A stretch of DNA of 64,000 nucleotides from an uncultured Spirochaetota bacterium. GTDB lineage: Bacteria > Spirochaetota > Spirochaetia > SZUA-6 > Fen-1364. The stretch is taken from NCBI GenBank assembly GCA_963734545.1, contig CAVTHO010000009.1:192001-256000 (forward strand), in the 5' to 3' direction. The translations under genes were made by a program, and so were the position numbers. Position 1 is the first letter of the stretch; every line of letters begins with the position of its first letter. A model generated the notes under the pieces. The model made no database searches. It was not told the origin of the DNA and saw only the letters and a list, made by a program, of their open reading frames with translations. Positions 50,881 to 60,561 of the stretch are shown piece by piece.

Positions 50881-51323
50881 AAATCGCTCCTGTAGACATA
50901 CAGGTCGGAGAGGACGCTCGCGGTGAAGACCAGCCTCACGCGGAGGGGAAAGCTCCCGTCGTTCAGATCGAAATAGAGCGAATCGCCATTCGGCGTAAGG
51001 GGGCGGAGCGATGTGCGCTCCACCTGCTCGCGGCTCGCGCCGAGGGAAAGCCCGAAGACAGTGGAGGTGAACCGACGGTCGCACCTCACCTGCCACACCC
51101 GGTCCTTGTACCAGAACAGGTAGAGAAAGTCGGGATAGTAGAAGACGACATTGTCCTGCTTTTCCTCCGCGCCCCTGTAGGTGAACATCTCCTGGGGCAG
51201 CCCGCGGGCAGCCACCGCCGCGGGAAGGTCCAGCCCGATGAAACGGGTCGGGTCGAAATCCTCCGCGGAGATCCGCGTGAGGATCGAAAGGGAGAGGGCA
51301 AGTGAAAGGATCAAGGGCCGCAT
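50877..51323 (-). CDS. Exported hypothetical protein
   Basis: Signal peptide, 148 aa, TTGA overlap with aroDE. Confidence 0.7.
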   Translation of the reverse strand: MRPLILSLALSLSILTRISAEDFDPTRFIGLDLPAAVAARGLPQEMFTYRGAEEKQDNVVFYYPDFLYLFWYKDRVWQVRCDRRFTSTVFGLSLGASREQVERTSLRPLTPNGDSLYFDLNDGSFPLRVRLVFTASVLSDLYVYRSDF

Positions 51324-51457
51324 CGCGATACTCCGCGGACTGGTGCTCTCATTGCAGGTGAGAGATTAGGAGTTTTGCCCGGGGCGCACAAGACCCGGCA
51401 GGTTCAAAGACCCCGTGATCTTCCCACACACCGGGAAAACCGATAGATTGCTCACAC

Positions 51458-52171
51458 ATGATAGCAACAGTGGTCAACGCGCTCGCGGTCATTGTCGGGT
51501 CCCTGGTCGGGCTGCTCCTGCACGCGAAGATCAGGGATTCGTTCAAGTCAATCGTCTACATCGGCGCGGGGGTCACCTCTCTCGTCATCGGCATCCAGAT
51601 GGCGCTGAACAGCTCGAAGATCGTGTTCCTGGCCTTGTCGCTCATCATCGGGGGAATCCTGGGAACATGGTGGCGGATCGAGGAGGGAATCCTCTCGCTG
51701 GGTGATGCCCTCAGGCGGACCTTCGCGAGGAAGGACGAGGGGAAGGACTTCGCCTTCGGGTTCCTCAATGCATCAGTGCTCTTCTGCGTCGGAGCCATGG
51801 CGCTCGTCGGCTCCTTCAAGGCGGGCGCCGAGGGCAACTATGACCTGATCCTCACGAAATCCGTGATGGACGGCTTCATGTCGATCGTCTTCACCGCGGC
51901 AATGGGGATCGGGGTGGCGTTTTCCGCCCTCTCCGTCCTTGTCTACCAGGGCATCCTCACGCTCGCGGCCGGCTGGCTGAAGCCGCTTGTCAGCGAGGCT
52001 CTCCTCAGGGAGCTGACCGGCGTGGGCGGAGCGCTCGTCATGATGATCGGCATCAACCTGCTGGGGCTCGCGAAACTGAAGACGGCCAACTTCCTGCCCG
52101 CCCTCGTGCTGATCGTTCTCCTGGTTGCCGGCGAGGCATTCGCGATTTCCCATCACCTGATGGGATTGTAG
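51458..52171 (+). CDS. DUF554-family membrane protein
   Basis: ATVVNALAVIVGS, FLNASVLFCVGAM, KSVMDG, GIGVAFSA, YQG, ANFLPAL. Confidence 0.9.
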   Translation: MIATVVNALAVIVGSLVGLLLHAKIRDSFKSIVYIGAGVTSLVIGIQMALNSSKIVFLALSLIIGGILGTWWRIEEGILSLGDALRRTFARKDEGKDFAFGFLNASVLFCVGAMALVGSFKAGAEGNYDLILTKSVMDGFMSIVFTAAMGIGVAFSALSVLVYQGILTLAAGWLKPLVSEALLRELTGVGGALVMMIGINLLGLAKLKTANFLPALVLIVLLVAGEAFAISHHLMGL

Positions 52172-52179
52172 GAACCCGG

Positions 52180-54717
52180 TCAGCTCCACTTCACCAGGCC
52201 GGGGAGGAAGGGATGCACCAGCGCCCTCTGCTTGGGCAGGATGCGCAGCGTGAAACCCTGGCGCCCGGTGCGGTCACACACCACCTCGGCGCAGTACTTC
52301 GCGCTGTCTCCCTCGGTGCCGCAGGGGCTCATCTCCAGCCGCCGCGGCTCTTCGATCTCCCCCTGCGAGGAAAGAGCGCCGTAGTACAGCTCCACGTCGA
52401 TCTCCTCCGGGGAAAGACCGGCCAGGAAGACGCGCGCGTCCACGGAGATCTTCTCCCCGATGGTCAGGATGGAGTGGGAGCTCGAGCTGAGCGCCTCTAT
52501 GCGGAGCGAGTCCCAGGCCTTCCTGAGCTTCTCCAGATAGGCGGCGACTTCCCGGGAGAGCGCAAAGCCCTTCTGCGTGTTCTTGCGGCCGTTGGCCAGC
52601 GCGGGTATGTAGAAGCTCTCGGCGTATTCCCGAAGCATCCTGTGGCTGCTGAACCGCTTGCCTACCTCCCGCATCGACGCCTTCATCTTCCGGATCCACT
52701 CGCGCGGCAGGCCGTCGGGGCCCCGGGTGTAGAACTGGGGAATCACCTCCCGCTCCAGCAGGTCGTAGAGCGCCGCGCCTTCCACCTCGTCCTGCAGGGC
52801 GTGGTCCTCGTACTCCTCCCCCCTGCCCACGGCCCACCCGATGTGCGTCGAATACGCCTCGTCCCACCACCCGTCGAGGATGGAAAGGTTCAGCGTGCCG
52901 TTCATGGCCGCCTTCATGCCGCTGGTGCCGCTCGCCTCCAGGGGACGTCGGGGCGTGTTCAGCCACAGGTCGCTGCCCGACACGAGGTAGCGGGAAATGG
53001 TCATGTCGTAATCCTCGAGAAAGACGATTCTGCTGGCGACCCGGGGATTGCTCGTGAAGTGCACGATCTTCTTTATGATCTCCTTGCCCGCCATGTCGTG
53101 CGGATGCGCCTTGCCCGCGAAGATCATCTGGATGGGCCGCTCGTTGTTTGTCAGCAGCTTGATGAGCCGGTCCGGGTCGGAGAGAAGGAGATCCGCCCTC
53201 TTGTACGCGGCAAATCGGCGGGCAAAGCTGATCGTGAGGGCGTACGGGGAGAGCGCGTTGGCGCTGCGGGTGAGCTCCGAGTTGGTGACGCCCCTCCGCT
53301 CGAGCTGCGCCTGCAGACGCATGCGGGCAAAGGCGACCATTCGTTCGCGGCGGCGCTCGTGCGTGCGCCACAGCTCCTCGTCGGAGACCCGGTCAATCCT
53401 GTCCCAGATCTCCTGGTTGGTGGGCGTGTCGTAGAACTCCGGGCCGAAGTAGCGATCCAGAAGGTCGATCATGTCATGGGTGATCCACGAGCGCGGATGC
53501 ACCCCGTTGGTGATGTGCGTAATGGGGATCTCTTCCAGCGGCAGCGACGGCCAGATCTTGTGCCACATCTGGCGCGACACCTCGCCGTGCAGCCGGCTCA
53601 CCGCGTTGTTGTACGCGGAGAGGCGGAGCGCCAGCACCGTGAGGCAGAACTCCTCACCCTCATTGTTCGGGTCCTCCCTGCCGAGGCCGAGGAACTCCTT
53701 CCAGGACAAACCGAGCTCGCGCGCGATGTCGCCGAAGTACTTCTCCATGAGGTCGGAGGAGAAGCGCTCATTGCCCGCGGGAACCGGCGTATGGGTCGTG
53801 AAGACATTGGTGGACCAGACCGACTGCCACGCCTCCGCGAAGGAGAGCTTGCCGCCGCGCATGAGCTGGCGGATTCTTTCGATGCCGAGGAACGCGGAGT
53901 GTCCCTCGTTCATGTGCATGCAGACCGCCTTGATCCCGAGCGCGGCCAGGGCGCGGATGCCGCCGATACCCAGCACGATCTCCTGCTGCATGCGGGTTTC
54001 GCGGTCCCCGCCGTACAGGGACGCCGTCACGAGGCGCAGCGGCTGGGGATTGGCCTCGATGTTCGTATCCAGGAGATAGAGCATGTTCTTGCCGACTTTT
54101 ACCTGCCAGATCCATGCGGCTGCAGCCGAAGGTCCCAGCTCGACCTGCACGGAGATCGGCGCTCCTTTTGCATCGCGGCACAGGGTGACCGGCATGTTGT
54201 ACCAGTCATTCTCGGGATATGACTCCTGCTGGAAACCGTCCATGTTCAGGTATTGCTGGAAGTATCCCTGGCGATAGAGCAGCCCCACCCCGACGAGGGG
54301 CAGCCCCAGGTCGGAGGAGGTTTTCATGTGATCGCCGGAAAGCATGCCCAGGCCGCCGGAGTACACCGGCAGCGCGACGTCCAGCCCGTACTCCATGGAG
54401 AAATAGGCGATGGCGTCTTCCGCTCCCCCCTTGTACCAGCGCTCCGCCCCGAGGTAGCGCCTGAACTTGGCCCACACGGCATCCAGCGCCGCAAGGAAGG
54501 AGTCGTCGGCGGCCGCCTGCTCCAGCCTGTCCTGGGAAACAAGGCCCAGCATGCGCACCGGGCTCTGGCGCGAGGCGATCCAGGCGTCGTAGTCCAGCCG
54601 CATGAAGAGCATGATCGCCTCGAAGTTCCAGCTGATCCACAGGTTGTGCGCCAACTCTTCCAGCGGCTTCAGCTTTGCCGGAATGTTGGGCTTGATCGTG
54701 AATGCGAGCAGTCCCAT
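52180..54717 (-). CDS. glgP: Alpha-glucan (glycogen) phosphorylase
   Basis: AYFSMEYG, YSGGLGMLSGD, HMNEGH, FTTHTPVPAG, ITNGVH, ARRFAAYKR, EASGTSGMKA; true start is ATG 54717. Confidence 0.95.
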   Translation of the reverse strand: MGLLAFTIKPNIPAKLKPLEELAHNLWISWNFEAIMLFMRLDYDAWIASRQSPVRMLGLVSQDRLEQAAADDSFLAALDAVWAKFRRYLGAERWYKGGAEDAIAYFSMEYGLDVALPVYSGGLGMLSGDHMKTSSDLGLPLVGVGLLYRQGYFQQYLNMDGFQQESYPENDWYNMPVTLCRDAKGAPISVQVELGPSAAAAWIWQVKVGKNMLYLLDTNIEANPQPLRLVTASLYGGDRETRMQQEIVLGIGGIRALAALGIKAVCMHMNEGHSAFLGIERIRQLMRGGKLSFAEAWQSVWSTNVFTTHTPVPAGNERFSSDLMEKYFGDIARELGLSWKEFLGLGREDPNNEGEEFCLTVLALRLSAYNNAVSRLHGEVSRQMWHKIWPSLPLEEIPITHITNGVHPRSWITHDMIDLLDRYFGPEFYDTPTNQEIWDRIDRVSDEELWRTHERRRERMVAFARMRLQAQLERRGVTNSELTRSANALSPYALTISFARRFAAYKRADLLLSDPDRLIKLLTNNERPIQMIFAGKAHPHDMAGKEIIKKIVHFTSNPRVASRIVFLEDYDMTISRYLVSGSDLWLNTPRRPLEASGTSGMKAAMNGTLNLSILDGWWDEAYSTHIGWAVGRGEEYEDHALQDEVEGAALYDLLEREVIPQFYTRGPDGLPREWIRKMKASMREVGKRFSSHRMLREYAESFYIPALANGRKNTQKGFALSREVAAYLEKLRKAWDSLRIEALSSSSHSILTIGEKISVDARVFLAGLSPEEIDVELYYGALSSQGEIEEPRRLEMSPCGTEGDSAKYCAEVVCDRTGRQGFTLRILPKQRALVHPFLPGLVKWS

Positions 54718-54825
54718 GTATTCGGATGGTAATGAAAAACAAACGCGCTGTACAGCGACGTCCCGCGCGCGCCTCTCGCGTGCGACGGATTGCGGCCGGT
54801 GCCGAGTCGTATTACATTCTCCCGG

Positions 54826-56194
54826 ATGGGTATCTTCAAATCGTACGACATTCGGGGAATCTACGGCAGGGAGTGGGACAGTACGACAGCGCATGCAATC
54901 GGCCGTCACCTCCCTGCGCTCCTCGGCGCGCGCCACATTGCGGTGGGCAGGGACGTGCGGCTTTCCACCGAGGAGGTCTTCCACTCGCTCACACGGGGCC
55001 TGACCGAGTCCGGCTGCGACGTTACCGACATCGGGCTGTGTGACACGCCGGCGGTCTACTTTGCCACGGCGTTCTACGGGATGGAGGGCAGCGTCATGAT
55101 CACCGCGTCCCACAACCCTCCCGAATACAATGGCCTGAAGATCTCCCGCCGCGAGGCGGTTCCGGTAGGCTATGACACGGGCCTGGCGCAGCTCGAAGAG
55201 CTCGTGAGCCGCAAAACGCTGCCGGAGCCGGCGGGCGCGCCGGGGACCGTGCGCGTGCGGGACATCCGCGCGGACTATGTGTCGCATCTGGCGCGATTCC
55301 GCTCGGATCTCTCACCGCTGCGTGTCGTCATCGACTGCTCCAACGGCATGGCGGGAGTGTACCTGAGAGACGCGCTGGAAGGCACGTCCGGCAGCTTCAC
55401 ACTCATGTACGAGGAGCGGGACGGGAGCTTTCCCCACCACGCGCCTAATCCTCTCGTGGAGGAAAACCTGGCGGACCTCAAACGCCGCGTCGTGCGGGAG
55501 AAGGCGAGCCTCGGGATCTGCTTCGACGGGGATGCGGACCGGGTCATGTTCGTCGACGAGACGGGGCGTTTCATCTCCCCCGATCTCATCATCGGTCTCC
55601 TGGGCACCTACTACTTCACGCGTCACCCGGAACAGGCTGGCGGGGGGCAGCCGCGCGGTCACCTACGACGTGCGCTCCTCCCGAAGCGTCGTCGAGTTCC
55701 TGCGCGCGCGCGGCGCGGATCCCCTGATCTGCCGGGTGGGACATTCGTTTGCAAAGAAGCTTCTCCGCGACACGCGGGGGATCGTCGGGGGAGAGCTGGC
55801 GGGACACTACTATTTCCGCGAGAACTACTTCTGCGATTCGGGTCTCATCGCCGCGCTGGTCGTCATGGAAGTACTTGCGGCGGACGGCCGCGCGTTCTCG
55901 AGCGTGATGGAGGACATCCGCAAGTACCATTTCTCCGGCGAGCTCAACTTCACCGTGCCCAACGGCGCGGAGATCGTGCGCAGGGTCCAGGCGGATTACC
56001 CCGAGGGACAGCTCACCGACATCGACGGCATCCGGATGGATTTTCCCGACTGGTGGTTCAACCTGAGGGTCTCTAATACGGAGCCTCTCCTGAGGCTCGT
56101 CGTGGAAGCGGCCACGGAAGGCGGGCTCGAAGAGAGGAAGAAGGAGCTGATCGGGAAGATCAGGCTCTACACGGCGGCCGCCATTCGGGGATGA
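54826..56194 (+). CDS. Phosphomannomutase/phosphoglucomutase; apparent +1 frameshift near 55645
   Basis: FKSYDIRG, TASHNPPEYNGLK, FDGDADR, GGELAGHYYF, RVSNTEPLLR. Confidence 0.92.
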
Positions 56195-56219
56195 CCCGGC
56201 GGCTCTTCCCGGGACCGCC

Positions 56220-57830
56220 CTACTGGGGAGGAATCACGAGCTGCCAGCCCGGATAGATCAGGTCCGGGTTCTGGATGAGCTTGCGGTTGCGCCTCCAGAT
56301 GCTGGGCCAGCGGTACGGGTCTCCGTAGATCTCCTTGTATTCCGCGATCCGCCAGAGACAGTCGCGTCGATCCGGAATCAGGCGCACCGTGTAGACGCCC
56401 TTCACCGCGTATGATTTGTAGATGTCGATGTAGCGCTGGGCCTCGTTGAAGTAGTCCAGGGCCTTGACGTAGTTGCCCGCCGCCTTCTCTTTCAGCCCCT
56501 GCACCCAGAGATCGCGCGCCTGCTGCAGGAGGTTCACGGTGGAATCCTCCGCCAGCACGGCGGTGCTCTGATCCGTCGGAATGCGCAACGACTGGCCGCC
56601 GGGAGCGCCGTCCTGCTCCTCCTGCTTCATCATCTGGTCGATTTCCTTGAGCAGCTCGTCCTCTGTCCAGTTCTGCGGCTTGATGAGGGTGCCGTCCTCC
56701 GTCACGATCGTCATCCGTGAAGCATCCTGGAGGGACTTCATGACCTGCGCCTGGGCCGCCTCCGCCTTTGCCTTCGCCTCTGCCTGCCGGCCGTCACGCG
56801 CTTCCCGGGCGATCCGCAGCGTGTCACGGGCAGCCTCCCGGGCAGCACCGAAGTTCTCCTCCGCGTTGTCCAGGTCCCACGCGTGCCACGCGTCGAGCCC
56901 TTTCAGGTAGAGACCGGTGACCTTGTCCTTCTGCTCCGGCGCCCATGTATAGAGCTCTTCGTCTTCGGCCTGTTTCATCAGCTGCTCGGTATCGAACTTG
57001 AGCGTGCGCACATTGGCCAGCCGGGTCTCCAGCCGGTTGCGGAGGTCCGTCATGTCTTTGAGCGCCTTGTATGCCCGAGCGCGCGCGTCGGCATACTCGC
57101 CGTTCCGGTACAGGCCCGCCGCCTCATCTATCCCCGCCGTCGCGGCGGTGAAGTCTTCCGGAAGGAACTTGTCAGCCTCGAGAACGAGCAGTTTCTGCCG
57201 GGCCGCTTCCATCCGGGCCGCCATTTCCTCTCCGGCGCGCTGAACGGCATTGGTGAATGCCAGATCCGCTTTCTCCCGGGAGCCCGCGAGTCTCTGCCGG
57301 GCGGAGGCAGGGTCTGTTGTCCGCAGATCGATCCCCTCGTCCAGCAGGCGCCGCGCCGCATCGTAGTTCTCGCTGTCGTAGTAGTCCGCGTCGACTTCCT
57401 TTGCGCGCGCGAGCGCGTTCCGCGCTTCCGTGATCTCCGTGTCAGTGACAGGACCGGCCTGCTGCGTGGTCTGGATGGTGGTGGTCTGCGCCGTGCCGCC
57501 GATCGTGAACGTGGCGCTCGCAACAGGGGAATCATTCCAGCCTGTCTTGTAGGCGATGGCACGGATCGTGGTTGTGGAGGAGACCTGCAGGGGCCCCGCA
57601 TACACGGTGCCGCTTGTCGAGGTGGGCGCGCTCGAGTCCGTTGTATAACGAATCTCCGCGCCTTCGGTGGAGGAGGTGATCGTCACGGTCTGTGTGTCGG
57701 TGTATGAACCCTCTGCGGGGTTGAATGCCGGCGCCTCGACCGTGTTTTCCGGGGGTTTGGGCGCCGACGGGCAATTCACGAGCAGGAGCGACAGAGCGAA
57801 GATTGCCGGAAGCCGCATCATACGGGCCAT
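56220..57830 (-). CDS. Lipoprotein with a chitobiase/Fn3-associated domain, helical repeats and C-terminal LysM
   Basis: SD GGGAGG, lipobox LVNC, IRYTTDSSAPT...IRAIA, DCLWRIA...YGDPYRWPSIW...NPDLIYPG; promoter TTGACA-N17-TAGACT. Confidence 0.85.
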   Translation of the reverse strand: MARMMRLPAIFALSLLLVNCPSAPKPPENTVEAPAFNPAEGSYTDTQTVTITSSTEGAEIRYTTDSSAPTSTSGTVYAGPLQVSSTTTIRAIAYKTGWNDSPVASATFTIGGTAQTTTIQTTQQAGPVTDTEITEARNALARAKEVDADYYDSENYDAARRLLDEGIDLRTTDPASARQRLAGSREKADLAFTNAVQRAGEEMAARMEAARQKLLVLEADKFLPEDFTAATAGIDEAAGLYRNGEYADARARAYKALKDMTDLRNRLETRLANVRTLKFDTEQLMKQAEDEELYTWAPEQKDKVTGLYLKGLDAWHAWDLDNAEENFGAAREAARDTLRIAREARDGRQAEAKAKAEAAQAQVMKSLQDASRMTIVTEDGTLIKPQNWTEDELLKEIDQMMKQEEQDGAPGGQSLRIPTDQSTAVLAEDSTVNLLQQARDLWVQGLKEKAAGNYVKALDYFNEAQRYIDIYKSYAVKGVYTVRLIPDRRDCLWRIAEYKEIYGDPYRWPSIWRRNRKLIQNPDLIYPGWQLVIPPQ

Positions 57831-57975
57831 TGGAAGCCTCCCTGTCGGCGCATTCTCCAAAGCAGTCTAACAGGGCAAAAATCAGTTGTCAACTCAAAGT
57901 CGAATTGATAGAATGAATTAGAATGCACCGTGGTACGCCGCGGATTTTTTTGCCTGTCGTGTAAGGAGGCCGCGC

Positions 57976-59133
57976 ATGAGGAAGACAATGGTCCTCTCCG
58001 TTCTCTTGCTCTCCTTCGCCGCCGGGCTTCTCTGGGCGCAGTTCTGGAGAGACTACACCGACACGGATCGCCGGGCCACCGGCGAGGCATACTGGCTGGT
58101 GGGCGGGCAGTACGAGGCAATCGGACAACCGGAAGTGGGCGGCTCGTTCAAGGCCATGGCCAGGGAAATCTACCCGGAGCTGGATCCGGCTGCAATCACC
58201 GACCAGGCCCTTCCTTCCGCCGCGGAGATGCTCGCGCAGGGACGAACCACGGAAATCGGCGCGGGCGCGGCCGGGATTCCCGCGGGGGCGGTCAATTCGT
58301 TCTTCCTGCGGTTTCTCGGCGCGCTGCTGGACAAGGACGCCGCCGGTATCGCCGGATTCCTGGACGGGTCAGTGTACCTCACGCGGCCGCCCGCCGAGGT
58401 GAGCCGGGCGGACGCCCAGGCGGCAATGGAGGATTTCTTCAAGGACGCCCCGGTCCCGGACCTTCAGCCTTCCCGCGTGTACAACCTGGACAGCATCGTC
58501 ATAGCCCGGGCCCCGCGCGCCATGCAGGCGGCATGGGGAGAAACCTACACGCTCACGGTCAGCGCCGCGGCCGACTACTCGCAGTACGTGAGCTTCTGGG
58601 ACATGACGCAGCAGTTCTTCATCCGGCGCGTGTCGGGAAACTGGTACCTGTTCGGGTACGGTCCCACGCCCCCTCCGCTCAACTGGACGCCGCAGAAGGC
58701 GCAAGCGGTGGAGCAGCAGGCCCCGGCCACCGCGGCTGAGGCAGACGCCGGCAACGCCATCACTCATGCCTTCACCTCGTGCCTGTCCGCCCTTCTGAAA
58801 AAGGACGCGGAGGGAGCGCTCGCATTCATGAGCCCCAGCGTCCATTTTTTGCGGATGCGCCAGAGCGTCACACGGGATGAGTTGAAGACCACGCTGCAGG
58901 GATATTTCGACACCGCGGATTTCAAGAACGCCGAGGCGTCCGACGTGGTGGACCTCGACAGCATATTTGTAGAGCCCAGCGCGAGCCCGGTGCCGGGCGT
59001 GACAGGAGAGGTCTACATGCTCAACGTGCAGTCCAGGATGGACCTCTCGGCCGGCATCCCGTTCTGGTCGGGCTATCAGAGGTACTATTTCATGCAGGAG
59101 GCGGGGAACTGGGTCATATTCGCGATTCTGTAG
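57976..59133 (+). CDS. Exported hypothetical protein with two tandem NTF2-like repeats
   Basis: SD AAGGAGG, signal peptide; duplicated ALLxKDA...LDSI...FW...GNW module. Confidence 0.75.
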   Translation: MRKTMVLSVLLLSFAAGLLWAQFWRDYTDTDRRATGEAYWLVGGQYEAIGQPEVGGSFKAMAREIYPELDPAAITDQALPSAAEMLAQGRTTEIGAGAAGIPAGAVNSFFLRFLGALLDKDAAGIAGFLDGSVYLTRPPAEVSRADAQAAMEDFFKDAPVPDLQPSRVYNLDSIVIARAPRAMQAAWGETYTLTVSAAADYSQYVSFWDMTQQFFIRRVSGNWYLFGYGPTPPPLNWTPQKAQAVEQQAPATAAEADAGNAITHAFTSCLSALLKKDAEGALAFMSPSVHFLRMRQSVTRDELKTTLQGYFDTADFKNAEASDVVDLDSIFVEPSASPVPGVTGEVYMLNVQSRMDLSAGIPFWSGYQRYYFMQEAGNWVIFAIL

Positions 59134-59134
59134 G

Positions 59135-59216
59135 CCTTCCGCGGTACACCGCGGAGTTGGACGCCGAAGGCGCGCCTCGGCAGGGACGACGTTCGCGTCG
59201 AACGGGTACTCCCGTA
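59135..59216 (+). repeat. Composite repeat (CCGCGG-TACA-CCGCGG, CAGGGACG, ACGGG-TACT-CCCGT)
   Basis: Shares about 27 bp with 13050-13076 and 33 bp (1 mismatch) with 60404-60436. Confidence 0.8.
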
Positions 59217-60293
59217 CGCACGAAGCGCGCCTCAGGCCGCGCGGCAATCGCGCGCGCCTTTTCGATCGGACTTCTGCTGATCGCGGGGACGGCGTTCTGC
59301 GAGGGGAAGCTTGGAAGCGTCACGTACCTGGAGGGGGAAGTCTCCATGGTCCGCGACGGCGCGGAAGTGGACAATCTTGCAATAGGGGCGGACCTTCAGA
59401 ATTTCGATCTCATAAGAACCGGCTCCGACGGCCTGGCCGAACTGGAGGTCGCCACATCACAGTCGCCCCGGATGACGATAAAGATCAGTGCGGACACGCA
59501 ATTCTCCTTTGAGATAGCGGCAATCGAGGGAAAGCAACAGACGACCCTGGGCATCCTGGGAGGGAGCATCAGCCTGAAGGCATCCCGTCTCGCCGGCACC
59601 CAGGCACTATCGGTGAAGACGGATACTGCCGTAATGGGGGTGCGGGGCACGCAGTTCGACGTGACGGCACCTCCCACCGGTGACGTCCTGGTGACGTGCG
59701 ATGAAGGTGAAGTGGTCGTCACGGATGACCAGGGCAAGGAGCTTCACGCAATTCCCGGAACCGTCGTGGAAAAAAGGCCGGCCGAGCTGTACCGCACCGT
59801 GCCGGTGGCCGTCTCCGACCTTGCGAAGTTTCGCGGGCAATGGAGCTCCGAGCGCAGGCAGGCGCTGGAAAGAAACGCGCTCCGTTTGATCCAGGCAAAC
59901 GCGAGACTCTACACCGCCCTTGTGGCGGGGTTGAACGCGGCGTACGCCGAGCTCGCGAAAAGCCAGGCCATCCTCAGAAAGTGGGCGGACGAGGACAAAA
60001 GCGCACGGATCGGTCAACGGGCCGAGGTCATCAGGGAAAGAAGGCAGATCGGCGGGCTCCTGGTGCGTCTCCGACGCATTCAATTCCAGCTCGAGCGCGT
60101 CCAGTTCCGACTTCTGCGGCTGAAATCCTACCACGACAGGGGGATCGGGGCAGGACAGCTGGAGGGAGGGGAAACTACAGCGCAGTTCTTCGACAGGTTC
60201 GCGAATGAGCGGAAAGACGTGGAGCAGAAACTGTCATCAACGCGCTCCGTGACAAAGATGTACGTGAGGCGGAGCGAGGGAAGGCTGCCGTAG
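59157..60293 (+). CDS. Exported FecR-domain protein (start codon uncertain)
   Basis: VTYLEGEV, DLIRTGSDG, TDTAVMGVRGTQF, VTCDEGEV; helical C-terminus. Confidence 0.78.
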   Translation: MDAEGAPRQGRRSRRTGTPVRTKRASGRAAIARAFSIGLLLIAGTAFCEGKLGSVTYLEGEVSMVRDGAEVDNLAIGADLQNFDLIRTGSDGLAELEVATSQSPRMTIKISADTQFSFEIAAIEGKQQTTLGILGGSISLKASRLAGTQALSVKTDTAVMGVRGTQFDVTAPPTGDVLVTCDEGEVVVTDDQGKELHAIPGTVVEKRPAELYRTVPVAVSDLAKFRGQWSSERRQALERNALRLIQANARLYTALVAGLNAAYAELAKSQAILRKWADEDKSARIGQRAEVIRERRQIGGLLVRLRRIQFQLERVQFRLLRLKSYHDRGIGAGQLEGGETTAQFFDRFANERKDVEQKLSSTRSVTKMYVRRSEGRLP

Positions 60294-60557
60294 CCAGGGA
60301 TGGCGAGGGCGAGCGAGTCCAGGGATGGACGAAAGCGAGCCCGTAGGCATGGACGCCGAGGGGCGCCGAGTACATGGATGTACGGCAGGCGCCCCTTAGA
60401 CATGGACGACGTTCGCGTCGAACGGGTATTCCCGTATGGCGAGGGGCGCCGAGTACATGGATGTACGGCAGGCGCCCCTTAGACATGGACGACGTTCGCG
60501 TCGAACGGGGGCGCGGGGCGCCAACTTCGTCCGCCGTCGGCGTCCAGTCCAGGGAGG
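60293..60557 (+). repeat. Cluster of 8 CA(G/T)GGANG motifs including an 83-bp-period duplication
   Basis: Copies at 60357-60426 and 60440-60509; hairpins gcc-AGGGAT-ggc, gtcc-AGGGAT-ggac, ggc-ATGGAC-gcc, gtac-ATGGAT-gtac (x2). Confidence 0.85.
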
Positions 60558-60561
60558 CAAT

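Noticed and set aside
54718-55287. Long N-terminal extensions in the ORF track for GlgP (also P-type ATPase 4793-5119, Prs 46329-46616, AroDE 50881-51096)
   Set aside because: They overlap neighbouring genes or the riboswitch; promoter or SD signals and family N-termini indicate downstream starts.
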